A DNA stretch of 64,000 nt from Azolla caroliniana (lineage: Eukaryota; Plantae; Polypodiophyta), in contig JBHGNT010000017.1 of the NCBI GenBank assembly GCA_043228905.1, positions 16,368,001-16,432,000 on the forward strand. Reading direction: 5' to 3'. Shown here in pieces: positions 1-13,800 of the stretch. The notes beneath the pieces were generated by a model. The model was given only the letters and a program-made list of their open reading frames with translations. It made no database searches and was not told where the DNA came from. The translations under genes and the position numbers were made by a program. How positions within the stretch are numbered: position 1 is the stretch's first letter; each line of letters begins with the position of its first letter.

Positions 1-851
1 AGAAAAAACCTCGGATCGGCTGAAGAAGCCGAGAGCGGATCCGCGGAAGAATTCGAAAGCGGACCCAAGGGGAGTAGCAGAAAGAAAGAGCCAAAGCCAA
101 CCAGGCATGGGGGAGATGACGCCGTCAAGGGCGAGAAGACCGGAGCCGAGTTGGAGACAACCAACTCAGACGAGAGCAAAAACCGATCGGAGGTAGCCGA
201 GTTAGTTCAGATGTTTAATTCAAATACATTGAATCAACTGAGGGCCAAGCAGAAAAGAAGGCAGCAGGAGAAGCGCCAACACCGCGACAGCAAGGGACCT
301 GTGAAGGGCCGTGGGAGCAGACAAGTCGACCAGAAGGGTCGAAGCGCACGGAGTCGAATAGGCCGAGGAGCAAGGAGAAGCCGGAGCGTAGGTCCGGCAG
401 AGCAAGCGAAACCTCAAGTTGAGCTTGAGGGGGAGTGTTGAGAGACAAGCTCAACATTTGTGCGTAATACGATGCGTAACCAGTGCATAGACTGGGTGCA
501 TAAAACCGGTATGCAGACCGGTGTGAAGAAAGGCCGTATCGGTGCGTAGACCGAAAGGCCATTAGAAAGATATTCCTCGTAAGGAATAGTTTTGGGAGTA
601 AGTGTCGAGGCTCATTTATGAGCAGTCAAGTACTGCCAGTACCTGTGTCAACCCATTGTCAGGGCTTGTATAAAAGTGCTCACTGAGCACATCCTATGTA
701 GAGATTGAGTATTATTTTTCGAATTTAAGTTCTTGAGTTACTCTCTCTCTCAGTCTCTTCTGTGCGTACTGTGCAAACCTAAGCTTTCCATTAAACCTGC
801 GTTTTCTGTTGTTCGGTTTTCCTATATTGCTTCCGCACGTCATTCTTTTCA
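1..851 (+). mobile_element. 3' end of copia element C (duplicate copy); 3' LTR 436-851
   Basis: PPT GAGGGGGAG, then TGTTGAG...CTTTTCA, followed by TSD ATATC (852-856). Confidence 0.9.
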
Positions 852-856
852 ATATC

Positions 857-1159
857 GCGCGTTGGCGAGGACGAAGTGCTGCAGCAGAACCGAGTGCCGG
901 TCTCTCTCTCTCTCCTCAAATCGTCGTTCTCTTCAGGTGTCGGGAGTTCGTTGACTCTGCTTCGTGGACAACCCGTGTGCTTCTAGCAGAGTCTCTCTCT
1001 CCTTCCCCTTTCCCCTCTTGTTTCTTCGAGTCGTGTGGTTGTCGTCGGTGTGCGTGAGTAGGACCCCGTGTCGGGTCCATTACCGGGTTGCCGATTGTAA
1101 GCTACTGACTATAGTAATCAGATTCCTATTTTTCTTGATCTTAGTCTCTCTATGTGTGC

Positions 1160-1190
<31 letters not shown>

Positions 1191-4100
1191 CTTGGTCCGA
1201 GACCCCCGTGGTCCCGCCTCTTTCTCCACGCACACGTGTAACAACGCGACATATTTGGTGAACCCGACGTGAAAGGGCGGCAAAGGAGTCGAAAGATGAG
1301 GGGATCAGAGCTAGCAGAGGCAATGGCGGTAACCGTCGACCGGCTGGTGAGCGCTCGTGAGGGGACGGGTACCCTCGATAGAGCCATTGAATCGATCGTT
1401 GGCTCTATAGGCCGGTTCGGAGGGAAAGACGCCACAAGTTATTTGGAGGCTTACTGGGCCGAAATGATCATGAGGGATATCCCGGTGGACAGGCGGTTGT
1501 CCAGATTCCCTCGGGTGGTGATGCCGGGCATCCACGTGGAGGTGCTCGAGGTGTTGGCCGGATACCAGACTTGGGAGGAGTTCGAGCTGCAGCTCCTTGA
1601 GAAGTACGGGTTTGACGACTCGCTTCGGCTGTCGAGGCGGGACTTCATGGTGTGGGTGGAAAGCCCCGGAAAGGGGAGGAACACGTCAGTGCTCCTCCAG
1701 GAGTTCGAAAAACGGTTCGCATGGCTATCGACGCTGGACCGGACGATGCTCAAAACGAGTCGAGTACTACTGTTTGTCAAGTCGGTGGACGTGCTGGACA
1801 GGGAAAAGGTGGGTCCCCTATTGGAAACGGACGAAGGGCTCACGGCACACTGGGCAGTGGTAAAACGGGTCTGCATCCGTTTCGACAAACTGCGTGATTG
1901 GAGCGACGGAAGCTCGTCGGGGTCAGGGCCGGTGCCGGGGAGGAGGCTCGAGGAGCCGGTATCGGTGCCGGCCGGTAGGAAGGAAGAGACCCGAATCTGG
2001 CCAGAGTCGGGGTCGGCATCGAACGACGTGGTCAGAGGCCCATCCAGAGGAGCGGCTCTGGAGGAGCTGACACAGATGGTGCGCGACTTGCAGATCGCAC
2101 AAGCCCGGAGAGACAGTGGTGAACAACCTCGCGATCGGAGGCCGCCGGTTGGGCAGCGGTGCATGTGGTGTGACGCGATCGGTCACATTCAGAAGGATTG
2201 CGCGGATTTCGCCGACGCGCTCAGGACTAACGCGGTGTACCTTTGGAACGGGTGGGTGCACGCGAGCAAGACCTAGAGAGCCCTAGAACTTATTACAGAG
2301 CGCGACGAAATTAAGAGGTTGATGGAAGAGGCCGCGGCACGGCATGTTGAAGCCGTTAACTACTCAGTGTCGGCGGGAATTCAGGTCGGGGGTGACGAGA
2401 CCCGGAAGGCGAAGGACTCCGGATTCTGGCCGCTAGTGCTAGAAGGCCTCTCCGGAGTTCGGCTGAAGAAGGAAGAGGTGGACCGCGTGGAACAGCAGGT
2501 TCAGGAGGTCACCGGTTGGGACGATCCGGTCGAAGAGAAAACGGGCTTCGTAGAAGCCGCTTGCCAAAACTACGAGGTTCTGGTGGAGGACTAACGGGCA
2601 GGAAAGGCTGGAGGGGTCGGTCCCCCGTAGAGGTATGAGACCCGGTTTGGACCGAAACCGACCGGTGCCGGCAACCCAGGTGCGCCGGATGGAAAGAAGC
2701 AGGTGAGGTTTCGGTTGAGCACCAAAATCGAAAGGACTACAGACCTGCGAAAGGTCCTGGAGGAACGTATCCTCGACAGTAAAGTGGAGCTGTTGTTGCG
2801 GGAGGTGCTGGGAATCGCCAAGAGGGAGTTCCACGACTCTATCGTAGACTTAGTGAAGCGGAAGAGGCTCTCGACGAAGCCGGAACCGGAGAAGCCGGTG
2901 GAGGTGCGGACCACGCACTTGGAAGATGCAGCGCTAGAAGATGAGTTGGCGGGAAGCCACTACACGAAGCCGCATTGGGCTAGGGCAACTACGGAAACCC
3001 CTGTACGGATCGGCAACATTCTGGAACCGGTGGTGGCATTGGTAGACCATGGATCCGAAATCAACCTGATGTCCATGGATTTCTACAAGAGGGGTAAATG
3101 GCCAATCAACACCAAGCACGGCTGGAAGATATGGGCAACGATGCGCGCCACGGAAGAACTACATGGGGCCTGTCTGAACGTACAGGTGAAAATCGGCGAT
3201 GTCGAGATCGACTAGCACTTCTTCGTGCAGGAGATGTCCTCGCATCCGGTTATACTAGGAGAGCCATACATCACGGCAGCATGGATGGAGACCAAGGTGT
3301 TGGACAACGGTTCGGCCTATGCAAGAGTCAAGAGCCAGGACGGGCACCCCGGAAAAACCACACAAATGTACAGTAGAGAAGAAGAGTTGTACCATAGGTA
3401 GGAAATTTTGGTTCTCCGAAAATGGAGGTGGTACTATAGCCATTGTTAGCGGCCGGGAGAGGAAACGAGCGGAGGAGCGCCTCAAGGGATGCAGAGTCCT
3501 CTCCCCCGACGAAGAAATTAGCGGCGCCGTGGAGGCGGCGTCTTTTGACGACACCTTGGGCGAGTTGCGAAAGGTGATTGGTCAAGACCTTAGAGAAGAC
3601 CAGACTGTTTCGGTTGGTTCGATGGGAATGTACGAAGTCATCGCGGACTTCGGGGAAAAGATCGGGTCGGATCGGATGGCTCGCGTGGATACAAAGTACA
3701 AGAATGTGGACCAGAAGGTGAGGCCAGTCGCGGCACCCTTGCCGAAGGGTAGCGAGGAGCGGATAAAAGGGGTCGCGTCGGACCCGAGTTTACGGAATCC
3801 GGCTGGCATAGGGCACCGGTTCACTGACATAACGCTACGGGAGCTCAAGGTTGGTGGGGGTGGCTTCCTACTGCCGGTGGAGGAGAACAAGTTTCGGAGA
3901 ATGCTCAGAAGGCATGGGAAAGCCTTCGCGTTCTCGCCGGAGGAGATCGGGTGCGTGGACCCGACGGTCTTCGAACCGATGGTGATCTTCACGGTACCGC
4001 ATGTACCGTGGAATCTCAAACCGATTCCGGTGCCAAGAGCTCACATCCCGAAGTTGATGGAGCTTCTGAAGCAAAAGGTGGAGATGGGCATCCTCGAACC

Positions 4101-6412
4101 GTCGAGTGCCCCGTATTCAAATCGGTGGTTTACAGTGCCGAAGAAGAACGGCACGCTGCACTTCATTCAGGACCTACAACCGGTCAACAAGGTGACCATC
4201 TGGAATGCAGGAATCGGACCAACCATAGACGAGTTTGCGGAGGCCTTTGCTGGAAGGTCGATCTATTTGGTTGGTGACTTATACTTGGGGTACGACCAGT
4301 TCCAGCTAGCTGTGGAGAGCAGGGATATCACGACGATGCGAACTCCTCTTGGCTTGGTACGGATGTGTACCCTACCACAAGGCGGGACAAATTCGGTGGC
4401 ACATATGGTGAGCACAATGAACAAGGTGCTAAGGGACTGCATCCCGGATATCACCATGCCATTTTTGAACGACATCCCGATAAAGGGGTGTCCGATGGAT
4501 GATGCGGACGAGACTGTCGGGCTAGATGGATGCCGGAGGTTCGTCATGAACCACATCAATGACTGCGAGAAGGTGCTGCAGAGGGTCGAAAACGCACGAC
4601 TCACCTTCTCCGGAGAAAAATCGACGTTCGGGCAGTCGGAGATATTGGTGGTCGGGCACCTGTGCGGGCCCTACAGTAGGAAACCGTCTCCGGCAAAGGT
4701 AGAGGCCATCTCAGCGATGAGGGACGATTGTGGGTCGGTCACGGAGGTCCGCAGATTCTTGGCATGCGCGTTCTACCACATCTGGATTCCGCACTACGCG
4801 TATGTTGCGGAACCTCTCTACGGGCTATTGAAAAAAAGGTGTGGGTTCGAGTGGAGGACGGAGCACATGGAGTCGGTCCGGAGACTAAAGGGGGCGCTTA
4901 CGGTAGCGCCGGCCCTACGTAAAGCGGTTTACGGCAAGGGTGTCCCCATTTGCATAACGGTGGACATGAGCCTGACCGGGATCGGGTGGGTAATCAGTTA
5001 GGAGGACAAGGACGGCGTACGATTCCCGATCCGGTTTGGGGCGAAGGTATTGAGCAAGCGGCAGCGAGGATACGCCCAAGTTAAGCGCGAGCTTTGGGGT
5101 ATTGTTTCGGCAGTCAAGGCCGACATGGACTATCTGATAGGGACGGAGGTGATCATCGAGACGGACTGCCTGCCGATACTCGGCATGGTTTCCGGATGCG
5201 CGACGCTGGACCTAGCAATGCTCCGGTGGATAGCGTACATTAAGTCCTTGAACCTGGAGATACGGCACATCTCCGGAAAGGATAACGCCATGGCCGACAT
5301 GCTTTCGAAAGCAAGGTTCAACAACGAAAACGACATGGTTTCGGATGACGAAGAAGTCGGCGAGGACTTCTTCGGGTCGGCTAATGTGACGACGAAGGAA
5401 GGGGACACTCCGGCGCTTAACGAATTTGACGAAAGCAGGTACGACGGGGAGTGGCTCCAAATCGGGAGGTTCCTACGGACGATGATGCCGGACGCAGCAT
5501 GGACGAGAGAAGAGGCGAGCCGGGTACGGAAGAAGGCATACCGATTCTTCTTGCGGGACAAGTGCATATGGAGGCACTCTAAGAAGAGAAACGGCATCCC
5601 GCTCCGAGTAGTGACAAAGAAAGAAGAATAGGAGAAACTACAGGCAGCATTTCACGAGAGTCCCTAGGCCGGGCACCGCGGAACGTGGACCACGTTCGAG
5701 AAGCTGAAGGAGAAGTACTGGTGGTTGGGGCTATACCAGGACGTGCATCGGTTCGTAACGACTTGCGAAAGCTGTCAGATGCACTCCATAGTCTGACATC
5801 GGGACGAGCTACACCCGACCTACCCGTCTACAGTCCATTTCAAGTGGATGGTGGACTTGGTGACGATGCTGATGGGGGCAGGACAGATGCGATACCTGGT
5901 GCTTGCACGGGAAGACTTAACGAACCAGGTGGAAGGCCGTGCACTTCAGAACAGGACAACCGCGGCGGTATGCTGGTTCCTGATCGAAGAGGTAGTATGT
6001 CGGTACGGGTGCATCGGGAGGATCATGGCGGACCAGGGAGAGCTGGATGCATGGGAAGCTGAGGAGTTGTTCGACCGGCTAGGCGTCAAACTCTCCCTCA
6101 CTACGGCGTACAATCCGGAGGTGAACGGGAAGGTAGTGCTGAGAACTCGTCGTTCCTTATGTCTGACGCTCGGCCACAACCGAGATTCTTTTCATACACA
6201 GAAAAATAGGTAATGAAACGCGACACAAAGGGGAGAAATGGTACACAGGAGGTTTACGTGGAAAACCCCAAAATAAGGGAAAAACCACGGCAGCCCACAG
6301 GCTGCAAACTGTCACTATGTAGGAATATACAACAGTGAGTTCACTGAGGCAACGACCTCGTGCTCTCAGATCTTCACCACAGGCGGAGGTTAAAACAGAG
6401 GCAACGACCTCG

Positions 6413-6444
<32 letters not shown>

Positions 6445-6730
6445 CAGTTACGCGCTCTCGCTTCTTCTTGCACCAACAAGGAAGAATAACAACAACAGAA
6501 ACGACCCCACTAAAAGTTTGCCCTAAGTCATATTTATACTAATATGACTTTTCGGCTATTTACAAATGTAGCCTCGATGGGCTCTCAGAAACATATTTAC
6601 GAATATGTCTCTTCCTCCGGTTCATACCGGGCCTGCACCATCCGGCTCTCCGTAGTCGGGTACTCCCCATCCGGTTCATACCGGGCCTACACCATCCGGC
6701 TCTCCGTAGTCGGGTACTCCCCATCCGGTT
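857..6730 (+). mobile_element. Partial duplicate of gypsy element B (LTR remainder to 1251, PBS 1256-1273, gag-pro-pol) with the solo LTR E1 copy from 6137
   Basis: Same sequence as 11313-17186: gag CCHC, DHG protease, RT, RNase H and integrase fragments. Confidence 0.9.
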
Positions 6731-6830
6731 NNNNNNNNNNNNNNNNNNNNNNNNNNNNNNNNNNNNNNNNNNNNNNNNNNNNNNNNNNNNNNNNNNNNNN
6801 NNNNNNNNNNNNNNNNNNNNNNNNNNNNNN
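6731..6830. other. Scaffold gap (100 N)
   Basis: Run of exactly 100 N. Confidence 1.
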
Positions 6831-9258
6831 AAGCGGCTCAGCCTTGGCATGGTTCGCTCTGCTTCTAGAAAAATAATTGCCCTTGCTTAATAACTTGAAG
6901 ACTTTATTAGTGAGTTTAAATCCTGCTTTGGAGATACCGACAACATCAGGACGACGATCAACAAAATCCGACGATTGCGTCAAGGCGATTGTCCAGCCTA
7001 CGCGGCGGATTTCGTCTACTCGCCTTAGATATTCCCTGGGATGATCATATGCACTAATGGAGCAGTTTCACTACGGTCTATGAAACGATGTCAAAGATTT
7101 ACTTTTAACCTTCCCCGAAGAACCAAAGTCTCTTACAGAGGCAATCAGTCGACCGGTCCGATGCGACAACCGCCTTTTCGAACGACATTCAAAACGTCAA
7201 TTACAAATACCACACCCTAGGCCAGAGCCCACATATGCCTCACTCGCAGCTAAACCGTTTGCATGAGATGTATCTAAGGCAAATACTCCAACACCGATGG
7301 AGATCGACACCATGTGTTGACGTGGCCCGTTATCGGAAGAAGAAAATCAACGACGACATGCAAATCGATTATGTCTTTATTGCAGTGGACCAGGGCATAT
7401 CGCCATCAACTGTCCCCATAAGCCAAGAAGATAGGTAAATCAAATCGTAGCCTGTACTAAACCCGAATCAATTTCCTTAGGAGTGTCTGATAGTATTACT
7501 AGTACTGATAGCCTAGGAATCTCAAACAAATTTGAAATCCTTAGTCAATTAGAAGAAGAGTTAAACGACTGAGTCCAGCCAAAATAGGAGCCGTTTGGTT
7601 GGACAACCCTAGATCTATGCAACCCATTAGTAGTTCCATTCCCTCTAAGCAAGTTAGCAATGTGTTTTTAGCCCAAGTCATGGTTAGTACTAAAAGTACC
7701 CCTCCAGTACACGTCTTAGCACTTTTAGATTCCGGAGCCAATTCATGTTTCATGGATCAGAATTTTGCCCAAGCTTCTCAGATATCCTTAAGAAAACTTC
7801 CTTGCCCCGCATCTGTAGTAGTCATTGATGGTCGTCCCATTGCTTCTGGGAATATTATAGAAGAGTCAAAACCCATTCAGGTTGTCCTAGGTAGTTTTGT
7901 GTGTGTGGTATCATTTAATATAATTAGTAGTCCAGAGCATCCCATTGTCCTGGGATTACCTTGGTTTGAATTACATAATCCAGACATAGATTGGAGAACA
8001 AGAGAAGTCCGGTATCGACAAGCCCAAGAATCTACTCATCGAGTTTCGACCATTTCACTCCATCAATTATGTGAAGAAGGACACAAGGAGGCAATGTTTC
8101 TATTTGCAATATCAGTACATCCTTCCAACAATACTAAGAAGGAATCCTTAGTTCAACTTTAGGAGAAATATCATCCTTATGCTGATGTATTTGACAAGGT
8201 AAAAGCCAGTACTCTTCCTCAACATCGTCCCTACGATTGTCCCTACGATTTACAACCAGGAACACAACCACCATGGGGACCAATTTACAACTTGTCACCA
8301 ACTAAGTTAGAAGTCCTTCGAGCCATCTCCGGCCGGTGCACCTAGTTTCTTTGTTACGAAGAAAGATGGATGACTTCGTCTCGTCGTTGATTACCGCGGC
8401 TTGAATAAGGTCACCATTAGGAATAGGTATGCACTTCCCCTTATATCAAGTCTTTTAGAGTGAGTAAATGGTGCTAAGTTTTTTTACAAAAATCGACCTA
8501 CGAGGAGCGTATAACCTCGTGTGGATCCGACTGGGAGATGAATGGAAGACCGCTTTTCGCACCCAATATGGGCACTTCGAGTATACCATTGTCGTGAAGA
8601 AAACCGGCCATAGGCGGAATTGGAGAAAAGGGTGCATGGACTGGCTCTTACACGGATGGACGCGTGAATTGATATTTTGATATTTTGCACATGATTCATA
8701 AATGGATCGACTGATGTAAATACTAAGTAGTACACATTTATTAGGGGATTGTGCGTATCTCTGTCAGAAGGGACAAGGAATAAGGCGATTTGACTAGGGA
8801 TGGGAACTATTTAAGGAAAAGAGAGAGGGGAGAGAAGATATCTGTTGAGAGACAAGCTCAACATTTGTGCGTAATACGATGCGTAACTAGTGCGTAGACT
8901 GGGTGCATAAAACCGGTACGTAGACCGGTGTGAAGACAGGCCGTATTGGTGCGTAGGCCGAAAGGCCGTTAGAAAGATATTCCTCGTAAGGAATAGTTTT
9001 GGGAGTAAGTGTCGAGGCTCATTTATGAGCAGTCAAGTACTGCTAGTACTTGTGTCAGCCCATTGTCAGGGCTTGTATAAAAGTGCTCACTGAGCACATC
9101 CTATGTAGAGATTGAGTATTATTTTTCGAATTTAAGTTCTTGAGTTACTCTCTCTCTCAGTCTCTTCTGTGCGTACTGTGCAAATCTAAGCTTTCCATTA
9201 AACCTGCGTTTTTTGTTGTTTGGTTTTCCTATATTGCTTTCGCACGTCATTCTTTTCA

Positions 9259-9270
9259 TGGTATCAGAGC
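9259..9270 (+). promoter_or_regulatory. Primer binding site, tRNA-iMet (element C)
   Basis: TGGTATCAGAGC immediately after the 5' LTR. Confidence 0.92.
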
Positions 9271-9303
9271 GCGAGGGTTGAGAACCTCTGCAGCTGACTT
9301 TGA

Positions 9304-10479
9304 TTGAAGAAGTCCCTTTACGGACTGAAGCAAGCCCCACGTGCCTGGAATGCGAAAATCACGCATCGGCTGCGTCGGATGGGCTTTGCGATGTCAAAAT
9401 CGGACTCCTCGTTGTTCATTCGGAAAGGTCGACTTGGGCCAGTCAGTATTTTACTCTATGTTGATGACTTGGTCATCATCGGCGCTGACCTAGGTGAAAT
9501 CAACCGGCTCTAGCTTGCGGCATCATTCGACATGAAGGATCTTGGGGACCTTCATTACTTCCTCGGGATCGAAGTGATCCGCACCCCCGAAGGCATACTA
9601 ATCAGCCAACGTCATTATGCGCTGAATATGCTCTTCAAATTTGGGATAGCAGACTGTAAGTCCGTCTCGACTCCTCTGGATAGAACTGTCAAGCTTTGCC
9701 CCAATTCCGGCAAGTTTTGTGATCCGACAAGGTTCCGACAAGTTGTCGGAAGCCTTATCTACTTGACAATCACCCGACCCGATCTCAGTTATCCAGTCGG
9801 GGTGATCAGTCAGTTCATGGCGCGACCTACCAAGGAGCACCTTTAGTGTGCGCAACGCATACTGCGGTACGTAAGCGGCACTAAGGACCGGGGACTGCTA
9901 TATCGGACCGACACAGCCCCGCAGTTGGTCGGCTACACTGATGCCGACTGGGCCGACAATGTTGCTGATCGCCGATCCATGTCTGGATATGCGTTCTCTC
10001 TTGGGAGTGCCGCGATAGCGTGGAGTAGCAAGAAGCAGCCGACAGTTGCACTGTCGAGTACCGAAGCCGAGTATAGAGGAGCGGCTGTCGCAACATGCGA
10101 AGCCATATGGTTGAAGCAGCTACTTAAGGATCTGCAGGTGGAGGTGTCCGATCCAACGACGATCTACTGCGACAACCTCAGCAACATCCAACTCGCGAAG
10201 AACCCCGTCTTCCACGCACGGATCAAGCACATTGAGGTGCACTACCATTTTGTCCGTGAGCGTGTCCTTTTTGGTGAAGTCGAACTTCAATATGTTCCGA
10301 CGGATCGGCAGACCGCCGACATCTTCACCAAGTCTATTGGTTTGGGCAAGATGCGGCAATTTTCGGGTGCGCTTGGGTTGCGTCACCTCGATGTGCCGAA
10401 CTTGAGGGGGAGAAACGTTCCAGATAACCATGAAAGGGAGCATGAAAGGAGCGAAAAGAAAAAACCTCGGATCGGCTGA
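9304..10479 (+). pseudogene. Copia RT/RNase H remnant
   Basis: LYVDD, MKDLGDLHYFLGIEV, YTDADW, SSTEAEY, KHIEVHYHF; in-frame TAG stops. Confidence 0.9.
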
Positions 10480-11615
10480 AGAAGCCGAGAGCGGATCCGC
10501 GGAAGAATTCGAAAGCGGACCCAAGGGGAGTAGCAGAAAGAAAGAGCCAAAGCCAACCAGGCATGGGGGAGATGACGCCGTCAAGGGCGAGAAGACCGGA
10601 GCCGAGTTGGAGACAACCAACTCAGACGAGAGCAAAAACCGATCGGAGGTAGCCGAGTTAGTTCAGATGTTTAATTCAAATACATTGAATCAACTGAGGG
10701 CCAAGCAGAAAAGAAGGCAGCAGGAGAAGCGCCAACACCGCGACAGCAAGGGACCTGTGAAGGGCCGTGGGAGCAGACAAGTCGACCAGAAGGGTCGAAG
10801 CGCACGGAGTCGAATAGGCCGAGGAGCAAGGAGAAGCCGGAGCGTAGGTCCGGCAGAGCAAGCGAAACCTCAAGTTGAGCTTGAGGGGGAGTGTTGAGAG
10901 ACAAGCTCAACATTTGTGCGTAATACGATGCGTAACCAGTGCATAGACTGGGTGCATAAAACCGGTATGCAGACCGGTGTGAAGAAAGGCCGTATCGGTG
11001 CGTAGACCGAAAGGCCATTAGAAAGATATTCCTCGTAAGGAATAGTTTTGGGAGTAAGTGTCGAGGCTCATTTATGAGCAGTCAAGTACTGCCAGTACCT
11101 GTGTCAACCCATTGTCAGGGCTTGTATAAAAGTGCTCACTGAGCACATCCTATGTAGAGATTGAGTATTATTTTTCGAATTTAAGTTCTTGAGTTACTCT
11201 CTCTCTCAGTCTCTTCTGTGCGTACTGTGCAAACCTAAGCTTTCCATTAAACCTGCGTTTTCTGTTGTTCGGTTTTCCTATATTGCTTCCGCACGTCATT
11301 CTTTTCAATATCGCGCGTTGGCGAGGACGAAGTGCTGCAGCAGAACCGAGTGCCGGTCTCTCTCTCTCTCCTCAAATCGTCGTTCTCTTCAGGTGTCGGG
11401 AGTTCGTTGACTCTGCTTCGTGGACAACCCGTGTGCTTCTAGCAGAGTCTCTCTCTCCTTCCCCTTTCCCCTCTTGTTTCTTCGAGTCGTGTGGTTGTCG
11501 TCGGTGTGCGTGAGTAGGACCCCGTGTCGGGTCCATTACCGGGTTGCCGATTGTAAGCTACTGACTATAGTAATCAGATTCCTATTTTTCTTGATCTTAG
11601 TCTCTCTATGTGTGC

Positions 11616-11646
<31 letters not shown>

Positions 11647-11711
11647 CTTGGTCCGAGACCCCCGTGGTCCCGCCTCTTTCTCCACGCACACGTGTAACAA
11701 CGCGACATATT

Positions 11712-11729
11712 TGGTGAACCCGACGTGAA
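11712..11729 (+). promoter_or_regulatory. Primer binding site complementary to plant tRNA-Trp (element B)
   Basis: TGGTGAACCCGACGTGAA is the reverse complement of the 3' end of cytosolic tRNA-Trp (...TTCACGTCGGGTTCACCA, from recall), 4 nt after the LTR. Confidence 0.85.
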
Positions 11730-11751
11730 AGGGCGGCAAAGGAGTCGAAAG

Positions 11752-13800
11752 ATGAGGGGATCAGAGCTAGCAGAGGCAATGGCGGTAACCGTCGACCGGC
11801 TGGTGAGCGCTCGTGAGGGGACGGGTACCCTCGATAGAGCCATTGAATCGATCGTTGGCTCTATAGGCCGGTTCGGAGGGAAAGACGCCACAAGTTATTT
11901 GGAGGCTTACTGGGCCGAAATGATCATGAGGGATATCCCGGTGGACAGGCGGTTGTCCAGATTCCCTCGGGTGGTGATGCCGGGCATCCACGTGGAGGTG
12001 CTCGAGGTGTTGGCCGGATACCAGACTTGGGAGGAGTTCGAGCTGCAGCTCCTTGAGAAGTACGGGTTTGACGACTCGCTTCGGCTGTCGAGGCGGGACT
12101 TCATGGTGTGGGTGGAAAGCCCCGGAAAGGGGAGGAACACGTCAGTGCTCCTCCAGGAGTTCGAAAAACGGTTCGCATGGCTATCGACGCTGGACCGGAC
12201 GATGCTCAAAACGAGTCGAGTACTACTGTTTGTCAAGTCGGTGGACGTGCTGGACAGGGAAAAGGTGGGTCCCCTATTGGAAACGGACGAAGGGCTCACG
12301 GCACACTGGGCAGTGGTAAAACGGGTCTGCATCCGTTTCGACAAACTGCGTGATTGGAGCGACGGAAGCTCGTCGGGGTCAGGGCCGGTGCCGGGGAGGA
12401 GGCTCGAGGAGCCGGTATCGGTGCCGGCCGGTAGGAAGGAAGAGACCCGAATCTGGCCAGAGTCGGGGTCGGCATCGAACGACGTGGTCAGAGGCCCATC
12501 CAGAGGAGCGGCTCTGGAGGAGCTGACACAGATGGTGCGCGACTTGCAGATCGCACAAGCCCGGAGAGACAGTGGTGAACAACCTCGCGATCGGAGGCCG
12601 CCGGTTGGGCAGCGGTGCATGTGGTGTGACGCGATCGGTCACATTCAGAAGGATTGCGCGGATTTCGCCGACGCGCTCAGGACTAACGCGGTGTACCTTT
12701 GGAACGGGTGGGTGCACGCGAGCAAGACCTAGAGAGCCCTAGAACTTATTACAGAGCGCGACGAAATTAAGAGGTTGATGGAAGAGGCCGCGGCACGGCA
12801 TGTTGAAGCCGTTAACTACTCAGTGTCGGCGGGAATTCAGGTCGGGGGTGACGAGACCCGGAAGGCGAAGGACTCCGGATTCTGGCCGCTAGTGCTAGAA
12901 GGCCTCTCCGGAGTTCGGCTGAAGAAGGAAGAGGTGGACCGCGTGGAACAGCAGGTTCAGGAGGTCACCGGTTGGGACGATCCGGTCGAAGAGAAAACGG
13001 GCTTCGTAGAAGCCGCTTGCCAAAACTACGAGGTTCTGGTGGAGGACTAACGGGCAGGAAAGGCTGGAGGGGTCGGTCCCCCGTAGAGGTATGAGACCCG
13101 GTTTGGACCGAAACCGACCGGTGCCGGCAACCCAGGTGCGCCGGATGGAAAGAAGCAGGTGAGGTTTCGGTTGAGCACCAAAATCGAAAGGACTACAGAC
13201 CTGCGAAAGGTCCTGGAGGAACGTATCCTCGACAGTAAAGTGGAGCTGTTGTTGCGGGAGGTGCTGGGAATCGCCAAGAGGGAGTTCCACGACTCTATCG
13301 TAGACTTAGTGAAGCGGAAGAGGCTCTCGACGAAGCCGGAACCGGAGAAGCCGGTGGAGGTGCGGACCACGCACTTGGAAGATGCAGCGCTAGAAGATGA
13401 GTTGGCGGGAAGCCACTACACGAAGCCGCATTGGGCTAGGGCAACTACGGAAACCCCTGTACGGATCGGCAACATTCTGGAACCGGTGGTGGCATTGGTA
13501 GACCATGGATCCGAAATCAACCTGATGTCCATGGATTTCTACAAGAGGGGTAAATGGCCAATCAACACCAAGCACGGCTGGAAGATATGGGCAACGATGC
13601 GCGCCACGGAAGAACTACATGGGGCCTGTCTGAACGTACAGGTGAAAATCGGCGATGTCGAGATCGACTAGCACTTCTTCGTGCAGGAGATGTCCTCGCA
13701 TCCGGTTATACTAGGAGAGCCATACATCACGGCAGCATGGATGGAGACCAAGGTGTTGGACAACGGTTCGGCCTATGCAAGAGTCAAGAGCCAGGACGGG
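11752..13800 (+). pseudogene. Element B gag-protease (disrupted)
   Basis: CCHC knuckle CMWCDAIGHIQKDC; protease LVDHGSEINL; several in-frame stops. Confidence 0.85.

Larger units (their letters stand above)
1..6730 (+). repeat. Apparently identical copy of 10457-17186 (offset 10456), ending at the assembly gap
   Basis: ORFs in 215-6542 recur with identical translations exactly 10456 bp downstream. The copy stops inside a 54-bp tandem array at the N run. Confidence 0.95.
8843..11307 (+). mobile_element. Element C: internally deleted Ty1/copia (2465 bp) inserted in the 5' LTR of B
   Basis: 416-bp LTRs 8843-9258 and 10892-11307. TSD ATATC, with the empty site visible in B's 3' LTR. PBS TGGTATCAGAGC. 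Only the RT C-terminal half (LKKSLYGLKQAPRAW, YVDD) and RNase H remain. Confidence 0.95.

Noticed and set aside
1451-2164. Long antisense ORFs over B gag/pol
   Set aside because: Expected opposite GC-rich coding sequence; no recognisable motifs.
10430-10897. env-like gene in copia C
   Set aside because: Short, highly charged, no transmembrane segment; kept only as a 3' extension.
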